Positions 1 through 8,826 of a DNA stretch of 31,028 nt are shown piece after piece (position 1 is the stretch's first letter; every line of letters starts with the position of its first letter). The notes beneath the pieces are model-generated. The model made no database searches and was not told the origin of the DNA. It was given only the letters and a program-made list of their open reading frames with translations. The stretch comes from a virus (taxonomy: Duplodnaviria; Caudoviricetes): the IMG/VR virus record IMGVR_UViG_3300005758_000686, positions 1 to 31,028 of that record; one strand, written 5' to 3'. Position numbers and translations under genes: made by a program.

Positions 1-126
1 AGTCCCTAGATGATCAAGCGCCACCGCCGGATCAACCTTCTTCATATTGTGTATCGCTAGCGACAGCTGAGCAAAACTGTTCTCGATGTCAGCCTCGAGC
101 TTTTCGATGTCAGGAGTCGTATTCAT
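1..126 (-). CDS. Hypothetical protein, partial (runs off the left edge)
   Basis: Manual translation from ATG at 126: MNTTPDIEKLEADIENSFAQLSLAIHNMKKVDPAVALDHLGT, open to base 1; overlaps the end of the upstream ORF. Confidence 0.55.
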   Translation of the reverse strand, partial: MNTTPDIEKLEADIENSFAQLSLAIHNMKKVDPAVALDHLGT

Positions 127-292
127 CTTCTTCCATTTCCATAAGCATATCAACGTTCTTAGAACGAATCAGATTCCTGATCCTCTTTTCCCGACGACGC
201 TGTTTTTGTTCCTTGGCGTCGACGTAGTAGTAATCAAACTCATCGTCGTTCCAATCTTTGCGACCGCCGATCTTAGGCTTAGACTTAGACAT
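110..292 (-). CDS. Small charged hypothetical protein
   Basis: 60 aa ORF tightly packed behind 296..721 on the coding strand. Confidence 0.65.
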   Translation of the reverse strand: MSKSKPKIGGRKDWNDDEFDYYYVDAKEQKQRRREKRIRNLIRSKNVDMLMEMEEDEYDS

Positions 293-295
293 CTG

Positions 296-721
296 TTAGA
301 CTTGTACCTCGTGAAGGATTCCAGGGAACGCCTTGTTGACTAGCTCTGGTGTGATGTTCGGGTAAGGGATCTTCTTGTCTTTGATTGCCAGCAGCAGCTT
401 GGCATCCTCGGGATCAACAACCTCAAGCATTTCAATGAAGAGAGCTTCACGACGAAGCTGCTTCAGGTTTGGATTGCCACCCTCGATGAACAGATAGAGC
501 TTGCGCGACTCAGTGTAGAAGATGTGCTGCTGATCAACCAGATCGTTGGGCTTGTATGGAGGATTGCCTTCTGGAAGCAGCCACTTGATTGTCGCGTCGT
601 ATGCGCCACGCAGAACACTCTCGAGAGCAACGCTGTTGTTTTGTCGCAGCCAGAGGATTCGTTGACCCTCATCTTCAATCAGAGATGCCTTCTTCAGGAT
701 CTCAGAGACGCTCAGTTTCAT
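296..721 (-). CDS. Conserved T4-like hypothetical protein downstream of RNase H
   Basis: WLLPEGNPPY, LRREALFIEMLE and DAKLLLAIKDK resemble a protein I recall next to rnh in T4-like phages; ATG at 721 overlaps the rnh stop (TGATG). Confidence 0.8.
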   Translation of the reverse strand: MKLSVSEILKKASLIEDEGQRILWLRQNNSVALESVLRGAYDATIKWLLPEGNPPYKPNDLVDQQHIFYTESRKLYLFIEGGNPNLKQLRREALFIEMLEVVDPEDAKLLLAIKDKKIPYPNITPELVNKAFPGILHEVQV

Positions 722-1575
722 CAAACGAAATCCCCAATGTTTTCCATCATATTACGCAAACGATTAGCAATGAAATAATCCATCAGCTTGTTGGCCTTTT
801 TTCCCTTTTGGTTCTCGAAGCTTTCCATAATGTTCTTGGAAACCTGCTCCGGAATCATACTTAGGTCGATCAGCTGTTGGTTGCGCTTGTAGTTGCGCAG
901 CATCAGCTCTGTGCAGAAGCGTTCCGGTTCTTGAGTGACCCAGACGTCAAGCTTCTTGGTCGTGATCGGCTTCTGCCTCTCGCCAACAACCAGGCAGTTG
1001 TCCGGGCTGAGAAAGTTAGGAACGCCGTCGCCAGAGTCGCCCTTCAGAATATGTTCCTTGAGGAACCTCTCAGGATCATTGTGGGTGATATACTTCTTTC
1101 GGACAGGATCATACTGCTTGACGTTGAGGTAGCTGTGTAGCTGAATGAAGTCCTTGTCGCCGGAAAGGATGAGGATCTTCTCGCCGGTGTTGCCAAACTC
1201 TCGGCAAAGAGTGCCAATGACATCGTCGGCTTCCGCAGTCTCAACATCAATGACGCGGTACGGGAACACGAACTTGAGCTCTTCGCGGATCTTGATCAGA
1301 CACTCGAAGATGGCCTTCCAGTTGAGTTCGGAAGCTTCCTGATTCTTCTTGCGGTTTGCCTTGTAGTAAGGAAACAGCTGGCGGCGCCAGTAATTTTTGG
1401 AATCGCAAGCAATGACAATCTCGCCGTATTCGTCGCCAAACTTAGCCTTGTAGGAACGAAGGGAATTCAGGACCATATGCCTGATCATCCCCTCTTCAAT
1501 TTCGGCATTGGTGTGGTTGCCGATCTGCATCATAATATTGCTCAGCATCACCTGAGACATATCAACGATAATCAT
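721..1575 (-). CDS. rnh: T4-like RNase H (5'-3' exonuclease, FEN family)
   Basis: Motifs IIVD, YWRR..FPYYKANRK, EADDVIG, ILSGDKDFIQL, GDSGDGVPN. Confidence 0.95.
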   Translation of the reverse strand: MIIVDMSQVMLSNIMMQIGNHTNAEIEEGMIRHMVLNSLRSYKAKFGDEYGEIVIACDSKNYWRRQLFPYYKANRKKNQEASELNWKAIFECLIKIREELKFVFPYRVIDVETAEADDVIGTLCREFGNTGEKILILSGDKDFIQLHSYLNVKQYDPVRKKYITHNDPERFLKEHILKGDSGDGVPNFLSPDNCLVVGERQKPITTKKLDVWVTQEPERFCTELMLRNYKRNQQLIDLSMIPEQVSKNIMESFENQKGKKANKLMDYFIANRLRNMMENIGDFV

Positions 1576-1962
1576 TTAGGGTTTACGACTTTCATCGTTC
1601 GGGGTTATTACAATTTTAATCTTGTCGGAGACTTCTAGATTGCCTTCGCCGTCAACTTGTTCGAACAGATTCTCGGCTATGATCTGAAGAGGATGATCGA
1701 TTCCGGACACCTTACAAAGAAACGATCTTGTCGCCTCTACAACCATAGCTCCGTGCTTGAGCAAAGCGAACTCTTCTTCTTCAGAATCGGGATTGAAGCC
1801 CGCAGTTGAGATCCCGTCAAACAATTTAGGGACTATCAACTCAAGAGTCTCTTGAATGTGGACCTGCCGAACCAAATCCATACTGTCAGCCACCTCCTCA
1901 ATCGTCTGAGGCAGCCTAGCGTTCTTACTCGGAAACAAGATTACGTTGTTGGCAGGGTCCAT
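1576..1962 (-). CDS. Hypothetical protein
   Basis: 128 aa, NVILFP N-terminal motif, abuts rnh start, promoter directly upstream. Confidence 0.8.
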   Translation of the reverse strand: MDPANNVILFPSKNARLPQTIEEVADSMDLVRQVHIQETLELIVPKLFDGISTAGFNPDSEEEEFALLKHGAMVVEATRSFLCKVSGIDHPLQIIAENLFEQVDGEGNLEVSDKIKIVITPNDESRKP

Positions 1963-1968
1963 AGGGTT

Positions 1969-1997
1969 ATCTTACCTTCTTTTTCTGTTTGAGTCAA
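1969..1997 (-). promoter_or_regulatory. Sigma70-type promoter, probably giving a leaderless mRNA
   Basis: TTGACT-17 nt-TAAGAT on the minus strand, ending 6 nt before the ATG at 1962. Confidence 0.65.
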
Positions 1998-2005
1998 GCT
2001 TTATT

Positions 2006-2590
2006 TCAGAGCTTGACAGCGTAGGGATAAATCGCGAATTCGCGTCTAATCTTCTGCACTAGAGAGTGAAGAATCATCATATGACAATCTTCGACGATCC
2101 CGTAGTTGTTGGCCTTGACGTGGATGATTGCGTCGGCTGCGTTTGTTTTAAGAACTTCACCGCCATCAAACCCAACCAGAGCTATGGTCTTGATGTTAGA
2201 CCCTCTGGCAATTTGTAGAGCATTCAGTATGTTTTTGGAATTTCCGCTGGAAGAAACAGCGATAGTAAGAGTGGGGTTGTGGTAGAAGATCTGCTCGGAA
2301 AAGATTTGGTTGTAATTGAAGTCGTTGGCCAGAGCCGAGACAAGAGGACCATTGCTGACAAGGCTTGTACATCTCGGCTTCAAATTAGTGTCTGACCAAA
2401 CGCCCTTCACGAAGTCGCAACAGAAGTGATCCGCAATAGCAGCCGAACCGCCATTGCCGAAGATCACCACATTTTGCATATAATTGATCAACAGCTCATA
2501 CGCGGCGTCGATGGCTTTTCGATCGACGTGAAGCGTCGCCGAATGTATGGCGGTGCAATAGTCATAAAAATCGTACGAAGCTTTGTTCAT
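2006..2590 (-). CDS. gmhA: Phosphoheptose (sedoheptulose-7-phosphate) isomerase, SIS domain
   Basis: FGNGGSAAIADH, SALANDFNY..IFSEQ, SSSGNSKNI, YGIVEDCH. Confidence 0.9.
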   Translation of the reverse strand: MNKASYDFYDYCTAIHSATLHVDRKAIDAAYELLINYMQNVVIFGNGGSAAIADHFCCDFVKGVWSDTNLKPRCTSLVSNGPLVSALANDFNYNQIFSEQIFYHNPTLTIAVSSSGNSKNILNALQIARGSNIKTIALVGFDGGEVLKTNAADAIIHVKANNYGIVEDCHMMILHSLVQKIRREFAIYPYAVKL

Positions 2591-3562
2591 AGCGAGACAG
2601 CCGTGCTCCCTTGATCGGTGAAGTTAAAATGAAACTGTTTGAAGTCTCGCATAGCGAGTTTGACTTTGTTGCGAGCGAAGACTGGGACGTAAAGAAGCAT
2701 AAACCCACCGCCACCAGCGCCAAGGATTTTGCCTCCGAGAGCGCCCGCGCTTCTGGCAGTGTCGTACATCTCATCAATGTGTGGGTTGCTTATGCCACTT
2801 GCAAGCTTCTTCTTTTCAAGCCAAGCGTCGTGAAGCAAAGCTCCGAAGTCGTCGATCTTGGACTGTTTGATGTATTTAAGCGCATCTGTGGCCATATACA
2901 CGAGGCTGGTCGTCCCATCAACCGTTCTGCCATTGGTCTTCAGATTGTTGAGTTGATCAGACAGAACGCTAGAAGCTTCTCTGGTTTGACCGGTGCTGAA
3001 ACACATCAGATTGTCATTCAACCTCGCCAACGTGTCGTACGAAGCGGGAACGCTCGTAACTTCGACGCCAGTCGAATCGAATCTGATAGCATTGAAACCG
3101 CCATAAGCTGCAGCGTATTGATCTTGCTTACCGATGGGTTGACCAAGATCATTGATCTCAACTTCGCAAGCAGTCTCGGCCAGATCGCGTCTTGTGTAAC
3201 CGAGCTTCTTGAGATTATATAGCGCGTTGATCAAACCAACCGTATACGTCGAGCTCGAACCGAGACCAGATCCTTTCGTCGTGATGTCAGAAAAGCTTGC
3301 GATCTCGATTCCCGTATTGATATCAAACCGCTGAAGAACAGATCTTGCCAGATTGTGCTTGAGCTGCTTTGTGTTGTCAACCTGTTCAAGCTCCGAGTAG
3401 ACGACTCTGACGTGTTTGGGTTCGCAAAGATTGACAGCCAACTGAATGTAGCGGTTGATCGTTGTTGATATCACCAGACCCGGATAGCTGTTGTAGTATT
3501 CCGGGATGTCGCTACCGCCGCCGAAAAAAACTGATTCTTAAAGGGGTTTTCGTTAAAACCAT
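2587..3562 (-). CDS. hddA: HddA-like GHMP sugar kinase (heptose-7-phosphate kinase) with a +1 frameshift at a T7 run (3524-3530)
   Basis: GSGLGSSS, IGKQDQYAAAYGG, GGKILGAGGGGF; ATG at 3562 with AAGGAGAG SD reads MVLTKTPLRISFF and continues GGGSDIPEYY only after removing one T. Confidence 0.88.
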
Positions 3563-3600
3563 CAGAATCTCTCCTTTCATAATGATAATTGTTGAATTCG

Positions 3601-3660
3601 CTAAATAGGAGCGTCAGTCGCGAGTTCGCACCTCCACTGACTCTAACGCTTAGAGGAGCA
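3601..3660 (+). promoter_or_regulatory. Late-promoter-like box and structured leader of the endonuclease gene
   Basis: CTAAATA at 3601-3607; GTCAGT/ACTGAC stem (3613-3641); CTCTAA/TTAGAG hairpin (3641-3655) overlapping the GAGGAG SD. Confidence 0.55.
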
Positions 3661-3666
3661 TCAGCA

Positions 3667-4527
3667 ATGAATACTTATAGTCCGTTCACTTACTTCATAA
3701 TGTGGAAAACCACGGGAATGAAGTACTATGGAGTCCGTTTCGCGAAGAAAAAAGGCGGAGCCGCCAACCCTTCACAACTTTGGAAAACTTATTTCACTTC
3801 TTCGAAACAGGTTTCCGCTTATAGGAAAGAACACGGCGAACCAGACGTAATCGTCGTTCATAAAATTTTCGAAAACGCCGAAACTGCTAGAGAATTCGAA
3901 GAGTACTATTTGAAACGTGTGAAGGCCAAACAAAAGGTCGATTGGTTGAACAAGAACGATAGGCGCGGCCAGCCGATTCTCGTCGGAAAAGAAAATCCTA
4001 TGTTCGGCAAAAAAGCTCCGCCCAAAAGCCGCGACGCAAAACTAAAGATCAAAAAACTTCAACTGTCTCTAAGCTCAAAAGGGATGCATCCGTTCCAGAC
4101 CGACCAATCTAGGAAAAAAGCGAAAGAAAGACAACTCGCTTTGTACGAAAAGGGCGAGCACGTTTCCCAAAAGGACGAATTTAGGCTTCGAAAGAAATCG
4201 GAAGCCATCGAAAGAAACAAAACCGAAAAAATGAAAATGGCAACGAAAAAACGAAACGCCGTTATGAATAGTAAGGTCCACGTTTGTCCGCATTGTTTAA
4301 AGATCGGAAAAGGACCCAATATGAAACGATATCATTTCGATAATTGCGCAATCATCAGATCTTATACCGAAACATTGCCTTGGGAAGACCTCTGTTTTCG
4401 ACCGGATACTTGCGCAGCAGATCGACCAGAAGCTGTTCCCATTGAAACGAAATCTTACCGATGTGAAAACGGCTGTCCGCGTAGCTCTTCACGAACTGAA
4501 GATAGTTCTGCGTGTCATCATTGTTGA
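3667..4527 (+). mobile_element. Free-standing Seg-like (GIY-YIG variant) homing endonuclease, antisense insertion
   Basis: FTYFIMWKTTGMKYYGVRF, YFTSS, AREFE, WLN, NPMFGK and terminal CPHC..HFDNC; A-rich composition; only credible plus-strand gene; SD GAGGAG before ATG 3667. Confidence 0.85.
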
Positions 4528-5344
4528 CGATTTGAATCGCGTGATCAAGCAGATGATAGAACTTGTTTGCGTGAACGTTCGGGTCTTCTTCAAACTGATA
4601 TATTGACGTGAGATTGCCGCTTGTGTCGGAGAGCCCGGCAAGATTCGGATGAACGCAAAGAACTCCCGCGCTCATAGCCTCAATCAAGGCTCTGCTGTTG
4701 CACTCCTGCCAGATCGACGGATAAGCAAAGATGTGAGCCTTCTGCAGAGCTTCCCTTACTGCTTCGTTCGAAGCAAACCCGTGATAAACGATCTTCGGGT
4801 GATTCTTGCATCGCTCGAATAGTTCTTTGAACTGTTGATCCGCATCAGACCAACCGTAGATCGCAAAGCTTGAAAACACGTCAAGATAAATGTTGTCGTG
4901 CTTCTTGCAAAGCTCTTCAAAAACTGGGACAAGTAGAGCCAATCCTCTCTGCGGAGTGGACGTGTAGATGAGTCGAATTTCTTCATTGCTCTTCTTCTTG
5001 AAAGGGATCGGGGAGATAGGAGTCTCGATTACAGCGCACTTTCCGTCCCGCGGAATACCCAAAGTGCTGACGTAACGGTTGTATTGCCAGTTCCCACAGA
5101 ACACAAGCTTGTGGAAGCGATCTCGGCTCGATTCGTCTTTCAGGTGGTTTGTCTCTGGATCTTCCGGCAGATCGTGAAGATGGTAGACGCGGATCTTGTC
5201 TTCCTTGATCTGCCGAACTCTAGACGGGATGATCTGGAAATGTTCAAGAAGGTCTTGTGGTAGATTCGACTCAATCATCCGGCAGGTCTGCTCAGTCCCG
5301 CCGTTTGACTTTTGCTGCATTTCGTTGAAATCAAAACCTGGCAT
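4355..5344 (-). CDS. Glycosyltransferase (GT-B, GT4-like)
   Basis: GGTE near the N-terminus, IYTSTPQRGL, FAYPSIWQE....ALIEAMSAG (Ex7E). Confidence 0.9.
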   Translation of the reverse strand: MPGFDFNEMQQKSNGGTEQTCRMIESNLPQDLLEHFQIIPSRVRQIKEDKIRVYHLHDLPEDPETNHLKDESSRDRFHKLVFCGNWQYNRYVSTLGIPRDGKCAVIETPISPIPFKKKSNEEIRLIYTSTPQRGLALLVPVFEELCKKHDNIYLDVFSSFAIYGWSDADQQFKELFERCKNHPKIVYHGFASNEAVREALQKAHIFAYPSIWQECNSRALIEAMSAGVLCVHPNLAGLSDTSGNLTSIYQFEEDPNVHANKFYHLLDHAIQIVNNDDTQNYLQFVKSYADSRFHIGKISFQWEQLLVDLLRKYPVENRGLPKAMFRYKI

Positions 5345-6320
5345 TGCGACGATACTCCCAATGATCTCTGATCATAATGTCAAGATCTGTGTTCTTGTAT
5401 TTGTAGATGAAACCTGTCGCCTTGAACTTGTCCGGGTTGGCCACGAGGAACGACGGATCGCCCACTCTACGCAAACCGACTCTGTATTCGACTGGGGAAC
5501 AGATTTTGCTGAAGATGTCAACGATCTCTTTGACCGTTGTGCCTGTATGGGTTCCTAGATTGAACTTCAAGGAACAAGGCTTCTTGTCTGTCAGGTATTT
5601 ATCGGCGTGAATTAGAGCTCTGCAGACGTCGATGACGTGAAAGTAATCACGAACGCAAGTTCCGTCTCTCGTTTCGTAATCATCACCAGCAATCACGAAC
5701 GGAGAAGAACCAGACAGAGCCTTGTCACAGAGTCGGTTGACAATGTGAGGAGTATCCGGAAGTTGACCAACATCTTCATACGCGCCGATCACGTTGAAGA
5801 ACCTGAACGAAGCGGCGCGCAGCTTGTTGATCTCGTAACAGGAGTCGATCATCTGTTCGCACCAAAGCTTCGACAGCCCGTAGTTGTTTGGCGGGCTGAT
5901 CTTGCTCGCTTCAGTCACAACGTTGTCCGTCTCAGCATAAACAGCTGCGGTGCTGGCGAACAAAAGCTTGTTGGTTGGCTTGAGGGTCTGAATCAACTTA
6001 AGAGTCTTGGCCGTGTTGTTCTCAAAGTAACTCAGAGGATCGTAAGCACTCGGCCCAAGAAGACTGTTCGCCGCGAGATGAAACACGGTAGCGTCCGGAT
6101 ACGATTGAATCAAGCTCAGAATCACGTCGGAAGAAAAGTCGGCGCAGAAAAACCTTTGGCAATACTTTGTTCGACTCGAGTCGCTCAGAGAACACCAATC
6201 AGCCAAAGATCTCTCGTCGTTGTCAACGCCGATGACGTAGTAACCAGATTCTTTCAGAACCTTGGTCAACACCGAGCCAATGTAGCCATAAGACCCGGTT
6301 ACAATGGCTACGGGATTCAT
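5331..6320 (-). CDS. galE: NDP-sugar epimerase (UDP-glucose 4-epimerase-like, extended SDR)
   Basis: VTGSYGYIGS, HLAA, STAAVY, YGLSK, FRFFNVIGA, DGTCVRDYFHV. Confidence 0.9.
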   Translation of the reverse strand: MNPVAIVTGSYGYIGSVLTKVLKESGYYVIGVDNDERSLADWCSLSDSSRTKYCQRFFCADFSSDVILSLIQSYPDATVFHLAANSLLGPSAYDPLSYFENNTAKTLKLIQTLKPTNKLLFASTAAVYAETDNVVTEASKISPPNNYGLSKLWCEQMIDSCYEINKLRAASFRFFNVIGAYEDVGQLPDTPHIVNRLCDKALSGSSPFVIAGDDYETRDGTCVRDYFHVIDVCRALIHADKYLTDKKPCSLKFNLGTHTGTTVKEIVDIFSKICSPVEYRVGLRRVGDPSFLVANPDKFKATGFIYKYKNTDLDIMIRDHWEYRRNARF

Positions 6321-6919
6321 CGCTTCATATACACCGCGTTGATTGACGTGTCTCTACCGAAGTATTCAAGCGGTGTTGTGCGATGCAAACCATTGTCGCG
6401 ATGCAGCTGATCCCACCACTCTTCCGGCTTGAGAGTCACGTGATAACCTTCGTCTGGGAATGTTGCAATACCGGCGATGAAGATCCCGCCAAGCTTGAGG
6501 TGACTGCGAACATTGGCAAGAACTTGAACCAGATCGCCTTCGTGAATGTGTTCAAGAACGTCGAATGCGGAGATCGCGTCAAACATAATCGGCTGACTCT
6601 CATCATCAATCACGCTAAAAGGCTTCGTGATATCGGCAGTGAATAGGTTGTCTGGGATGTTACCCCACTCACCGGTCTGATTTTTCAGCCCATAATCGCT
6701 TCCGTCGATACCGATAGCAAACACGTCGTTGTTGATGAATTGCCTGACAAATCCGCCACCAGCACACCCCAGATCCATATAACGCATATCACGCCCCAGC
6801 AGTCGAATCAGACCGCGAACGTATGCACCATTCTTAGTGTTGTCGTTACGCGTTCCCTTGGGTTCAATATGGTCGTAGCTATCAACAGCAACGGGATAGT
6901 CCGTTACAACTTTTGTCAT
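6317..6919 (-). CDS. Class I SAM-dependent methyltransferase
   Basis: MDLGCAGG motif I, GIDGS, FDVLEHI, WW motif. Confidence 0.88.
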   Translation of the reverse strand: MTKVVTDYPVAVDSYDHIEPKGTRNDNTKNGAYVRGLIRLLGRDMRYMDLGCAGGGFVRQFINNDVFAIGIDGSDYGLKNQTGEWGNIPDNLFTADITKPFSVIDDESQPIMFDAISAFDVLEHIHEGDLVQVLANVRSHLKLGGIFIAGIATFPDEGYHVTLKPEEWWDQLHRDNGLHRTTPLEYFGRDTSINAVYMKR

Positions 6920-7368
6920 TGCGGTCCTCTCAATAAGTCGTCTACATCGTAATATGCGGGTTGGGTTTGTCTAACGCGAAACTTCAGCTCAGATGAGCTC
7001 CAAGTGTGCTTTCTCGGAACGTAGATGATCTCTATGCCGAGATCTTCGCAGATTTTCTTGGCGGTGAAATCTTTGCCTTCGTAATCATCACCCAAGAATC
7101 TCTTATTGATATCAAACACGCTGAACAAATTTTCCAGATCGCGTTCTGTGTCATAGGGGACGATGGAAAGATTGAAGTCTGCATACGCCAATTGTATATA
7201 GCGTTCGAAAGTCGTTTGAACGGACTTTTGCTTTTCTGGTCTACCATTCGTTGGGTCTGTATGCAACCCAACGATCAATTTATCGCACTGCTCCGAAGCA
7301 ACCTGCAACATATGCAGATGACCTGGGTGCAACAGATCGAATGCACCGCAGGTGAAACCGACGACCAT
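6916..7368 (-). CDS. HIGH-family cytidylyl/adenylyltransferase (TagD/RfaE domain II-like)
   Basis: GAFDLLHPGH, LIVGL, ERY, GDDY, R...SSSELK. Confidence 0.9.
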   Translation of the reverse strand: MVVGFTCGAFDLLHPGHLHMLQVASEQCDKLIVGLHTDPTNGRPEKQKSVQTTFERYIQLAYADFNLSIVPYDTERDLENLFSVFDINKRFLGDDYEGKDFTAKKICEDLGIEIIYVPRKHTWSSSELKFRVRQTQPAYYDVDDLLRGPQ

Positions 7369-7370
7369 AA

Positions 7371-7769
7371 TCAATTCTCCGAGGGAGTTTCCATTTCAAG
7401 CATAGCCTGGCGCTTGATGAACGCACGACGAATGGTCTTGGCGCCAAAGTAACGCACAACCAGATCCTCAACCACTCGTTCATCAAACGCCTTGCAACTG
7501 AAGACGTCGAGGTACATATGGTTGAGTTCGTTGACAAAGTGAGCGCAGATGTTCGAAGTTTCGATCAGCTGAACCAGAGTGAACCCAGCCTTGTCTCCGC
7601 TCCCGAAGTTTACAATCTGCGGTTCGCCATACGCAACCATATCAATGTCCTTGACAAGCTGCTTAGCGAAAGCATAGACGTTGTCATAGCTGGTGATCGC
7701 GTTGTGATTGCAGCCAGCAGCGTCGAGGATCGCGTGATATCCCCACGCACGTTCTTCTTCCATATTCAT
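7371..7769 (-). CDS. speD: S-adenosylmethionine decarboxylase-like proenzyme
   Basis: GYHAILD..GC, GFTLVQLIETSNICAHF, YLDVFSCK pyruvoyl-decarboxylase pattern. Confidence 0.85.
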   Translation of the reverse strand: MNMEEERAWGYHAILDAAGCNHNAITSYDNVYAFAKQLVKDIDMVAYGEPQIVNFGSGDKAGFTLVQLIETSNICAHFVNELNHMYLDVFSCKAFDERVVEDLVVRYFGAKTIRRAFIKRQAMLEMETPSEN

Positions 7770-7774
7770 AGCTC

Positions 7775-8050
7775 CTAGTAGACGCTCTTGGCTTCGCAGT
7801 AAAAGACCGAATCAATCCGGAAAGATCGCCAACCATTGGCTTCGATGTCCCAAACAGCAATCACGTCCGGATTGTTGTTGTGGAAGTTCTTTTCTTCTGC
7901 GCGCTCCTTCGGATCGTTTCGATAGCTCTCTGGGAGCATATGCGGCTGAAGAGTGCAACGCATCACTCGCGTTTCGCCGTTGGCCTTGGTGAAATGCACC
8001 TCGAGCAGATTGACGCGGAGGTCACGCAGAAGCGTGTCACGATCATACAT
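7775..8050 (-). CDS. Small SH3/WYL-like beta-barrel protein conserved in T4-like phages
   Basis: VHFTKANGETRVMRCTL ... VWDIEANGWRSFRIDSV. Confidence 0.8.
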   Translation of the reverse strand: MYDRDTLLRDLRVNLLEVHFTKANGETRVMRCTLQPHMLPESYRNDPKERAEEKNFHNNNPDVIAVWDIEANGWRSFRIDSVFYCEAKSVY

Positions 8051-8061
8051 AATGTAGTCTC

Positions 8062-8319
8062 CTATTCGTTCAGCAGGATCTTGCTTGATCCGGTTTGAGC
8101 TGCAAGATGTTCCTTCAATTCATTATAGCCTCCAATCGCGAATCCGTCAACCACAATGATGGGAAACGTTCTTGCGTTCGGGAACTTTTCTAGGATCTGA
8201 TCTCTTGTGAAGTCTCTATGAAGCTTCTGTTCGCTGAAGCCGATCCCCAAAGTTGTAAGAGCTTGCTTCGCCATATGGCAGTAAGAGCAATCGTCCTTGG
8301 TGTAGATCTGGTAGTGCAT
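8062..8319 (-). CDS. Glutaredoxin
   Basis: IYTKDDCSYC, TFPII, IGGYNEL. Confidence 0.92.
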   Translation of the reverse strand: MHYQIYTKDDCSYCHMAKQALTTLGIGFSEQKLHRDFTRDQILEKFPNARTFPIIVVDGFAIGGYNELKEHLAAQTGSSKILLNE

Positions 8320-8750
8320 CAGTCGATGACTTCCATCGCGGCTGCACGAAGAACAACGTAAGAAGCCTCAGCATCTCCTAGATTGCGGAAATAGACCGAA
8401 TACTTCTCAACAGCCTGCATTTCGCTTGTCGCGCGAACAAGACGCGTCTGTTTGGCGACCATAGAACCGCGCCCAGGAATACGAGGCTGCAGCTGGACGT
8501 CACCTTCAACAAGATACAGACTCGGCTCAACGTCGGCATATGCCGGAATCGATGTTACGAGCCGCATCTCGCCAGGCATAACACCGGTGTTGGTCACAGA
8601 CCAAGTCGGCTCGGGCCTGGCTTCAGCAGATGTAACCGCCGGACGGTAAGCGTTGTCGAACGCCAAATCATCTCGCTCGTAATCAAACTCGCGCGGCCGC
8701 TCTGTCACAACAGCCTTTTCCTTGTTCTTGCTACCCTTGGGTCTTGGCAT
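8319..8750 (-). CDS. Hypothetical protein with AT-hook-like N-terminus
   Basis: AAGGAG SD before ATG at 8750 (MPRPKGSKNK); stop overlaps the glutaredoxin start. Confidence 0.75.
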   Translation of the reverse strand: MPRPKGSKNKEKAVVTERPREFDYERDDLAFDNAYRPAVTSAEARPEPTWSVTNTGVMPGEMRLVTSIPAYADVEPSLYLVEGDVQLQPRIPGRGSMVAKQTRLVRATSEMQAVEKYSVYFRNLGDAEASYVVLRAAAMEVID

Positions 8751-8826
8751 AATCTTCTCCTTCAAAAATTCAAGTAGTTTCATTTGTTAATCCGATAATG
8801 TAGATCACATAGTATATAGCTGGCCC

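Noticed and set aside
2587-3474. Kinase starting at 3474 as a complete gene
   Set aside because: It would lack the conserved PLRISF.GGG.D substrate-binding motif, which lies upstream across the frameshift
5637-6410. Long plus-strand ORFs (also 2611-3222, 12953-13477, 26877-27608 and others)
   Set aside because: Antisense shadows of clearly identified minus-strand genes, with no recognisable motifs
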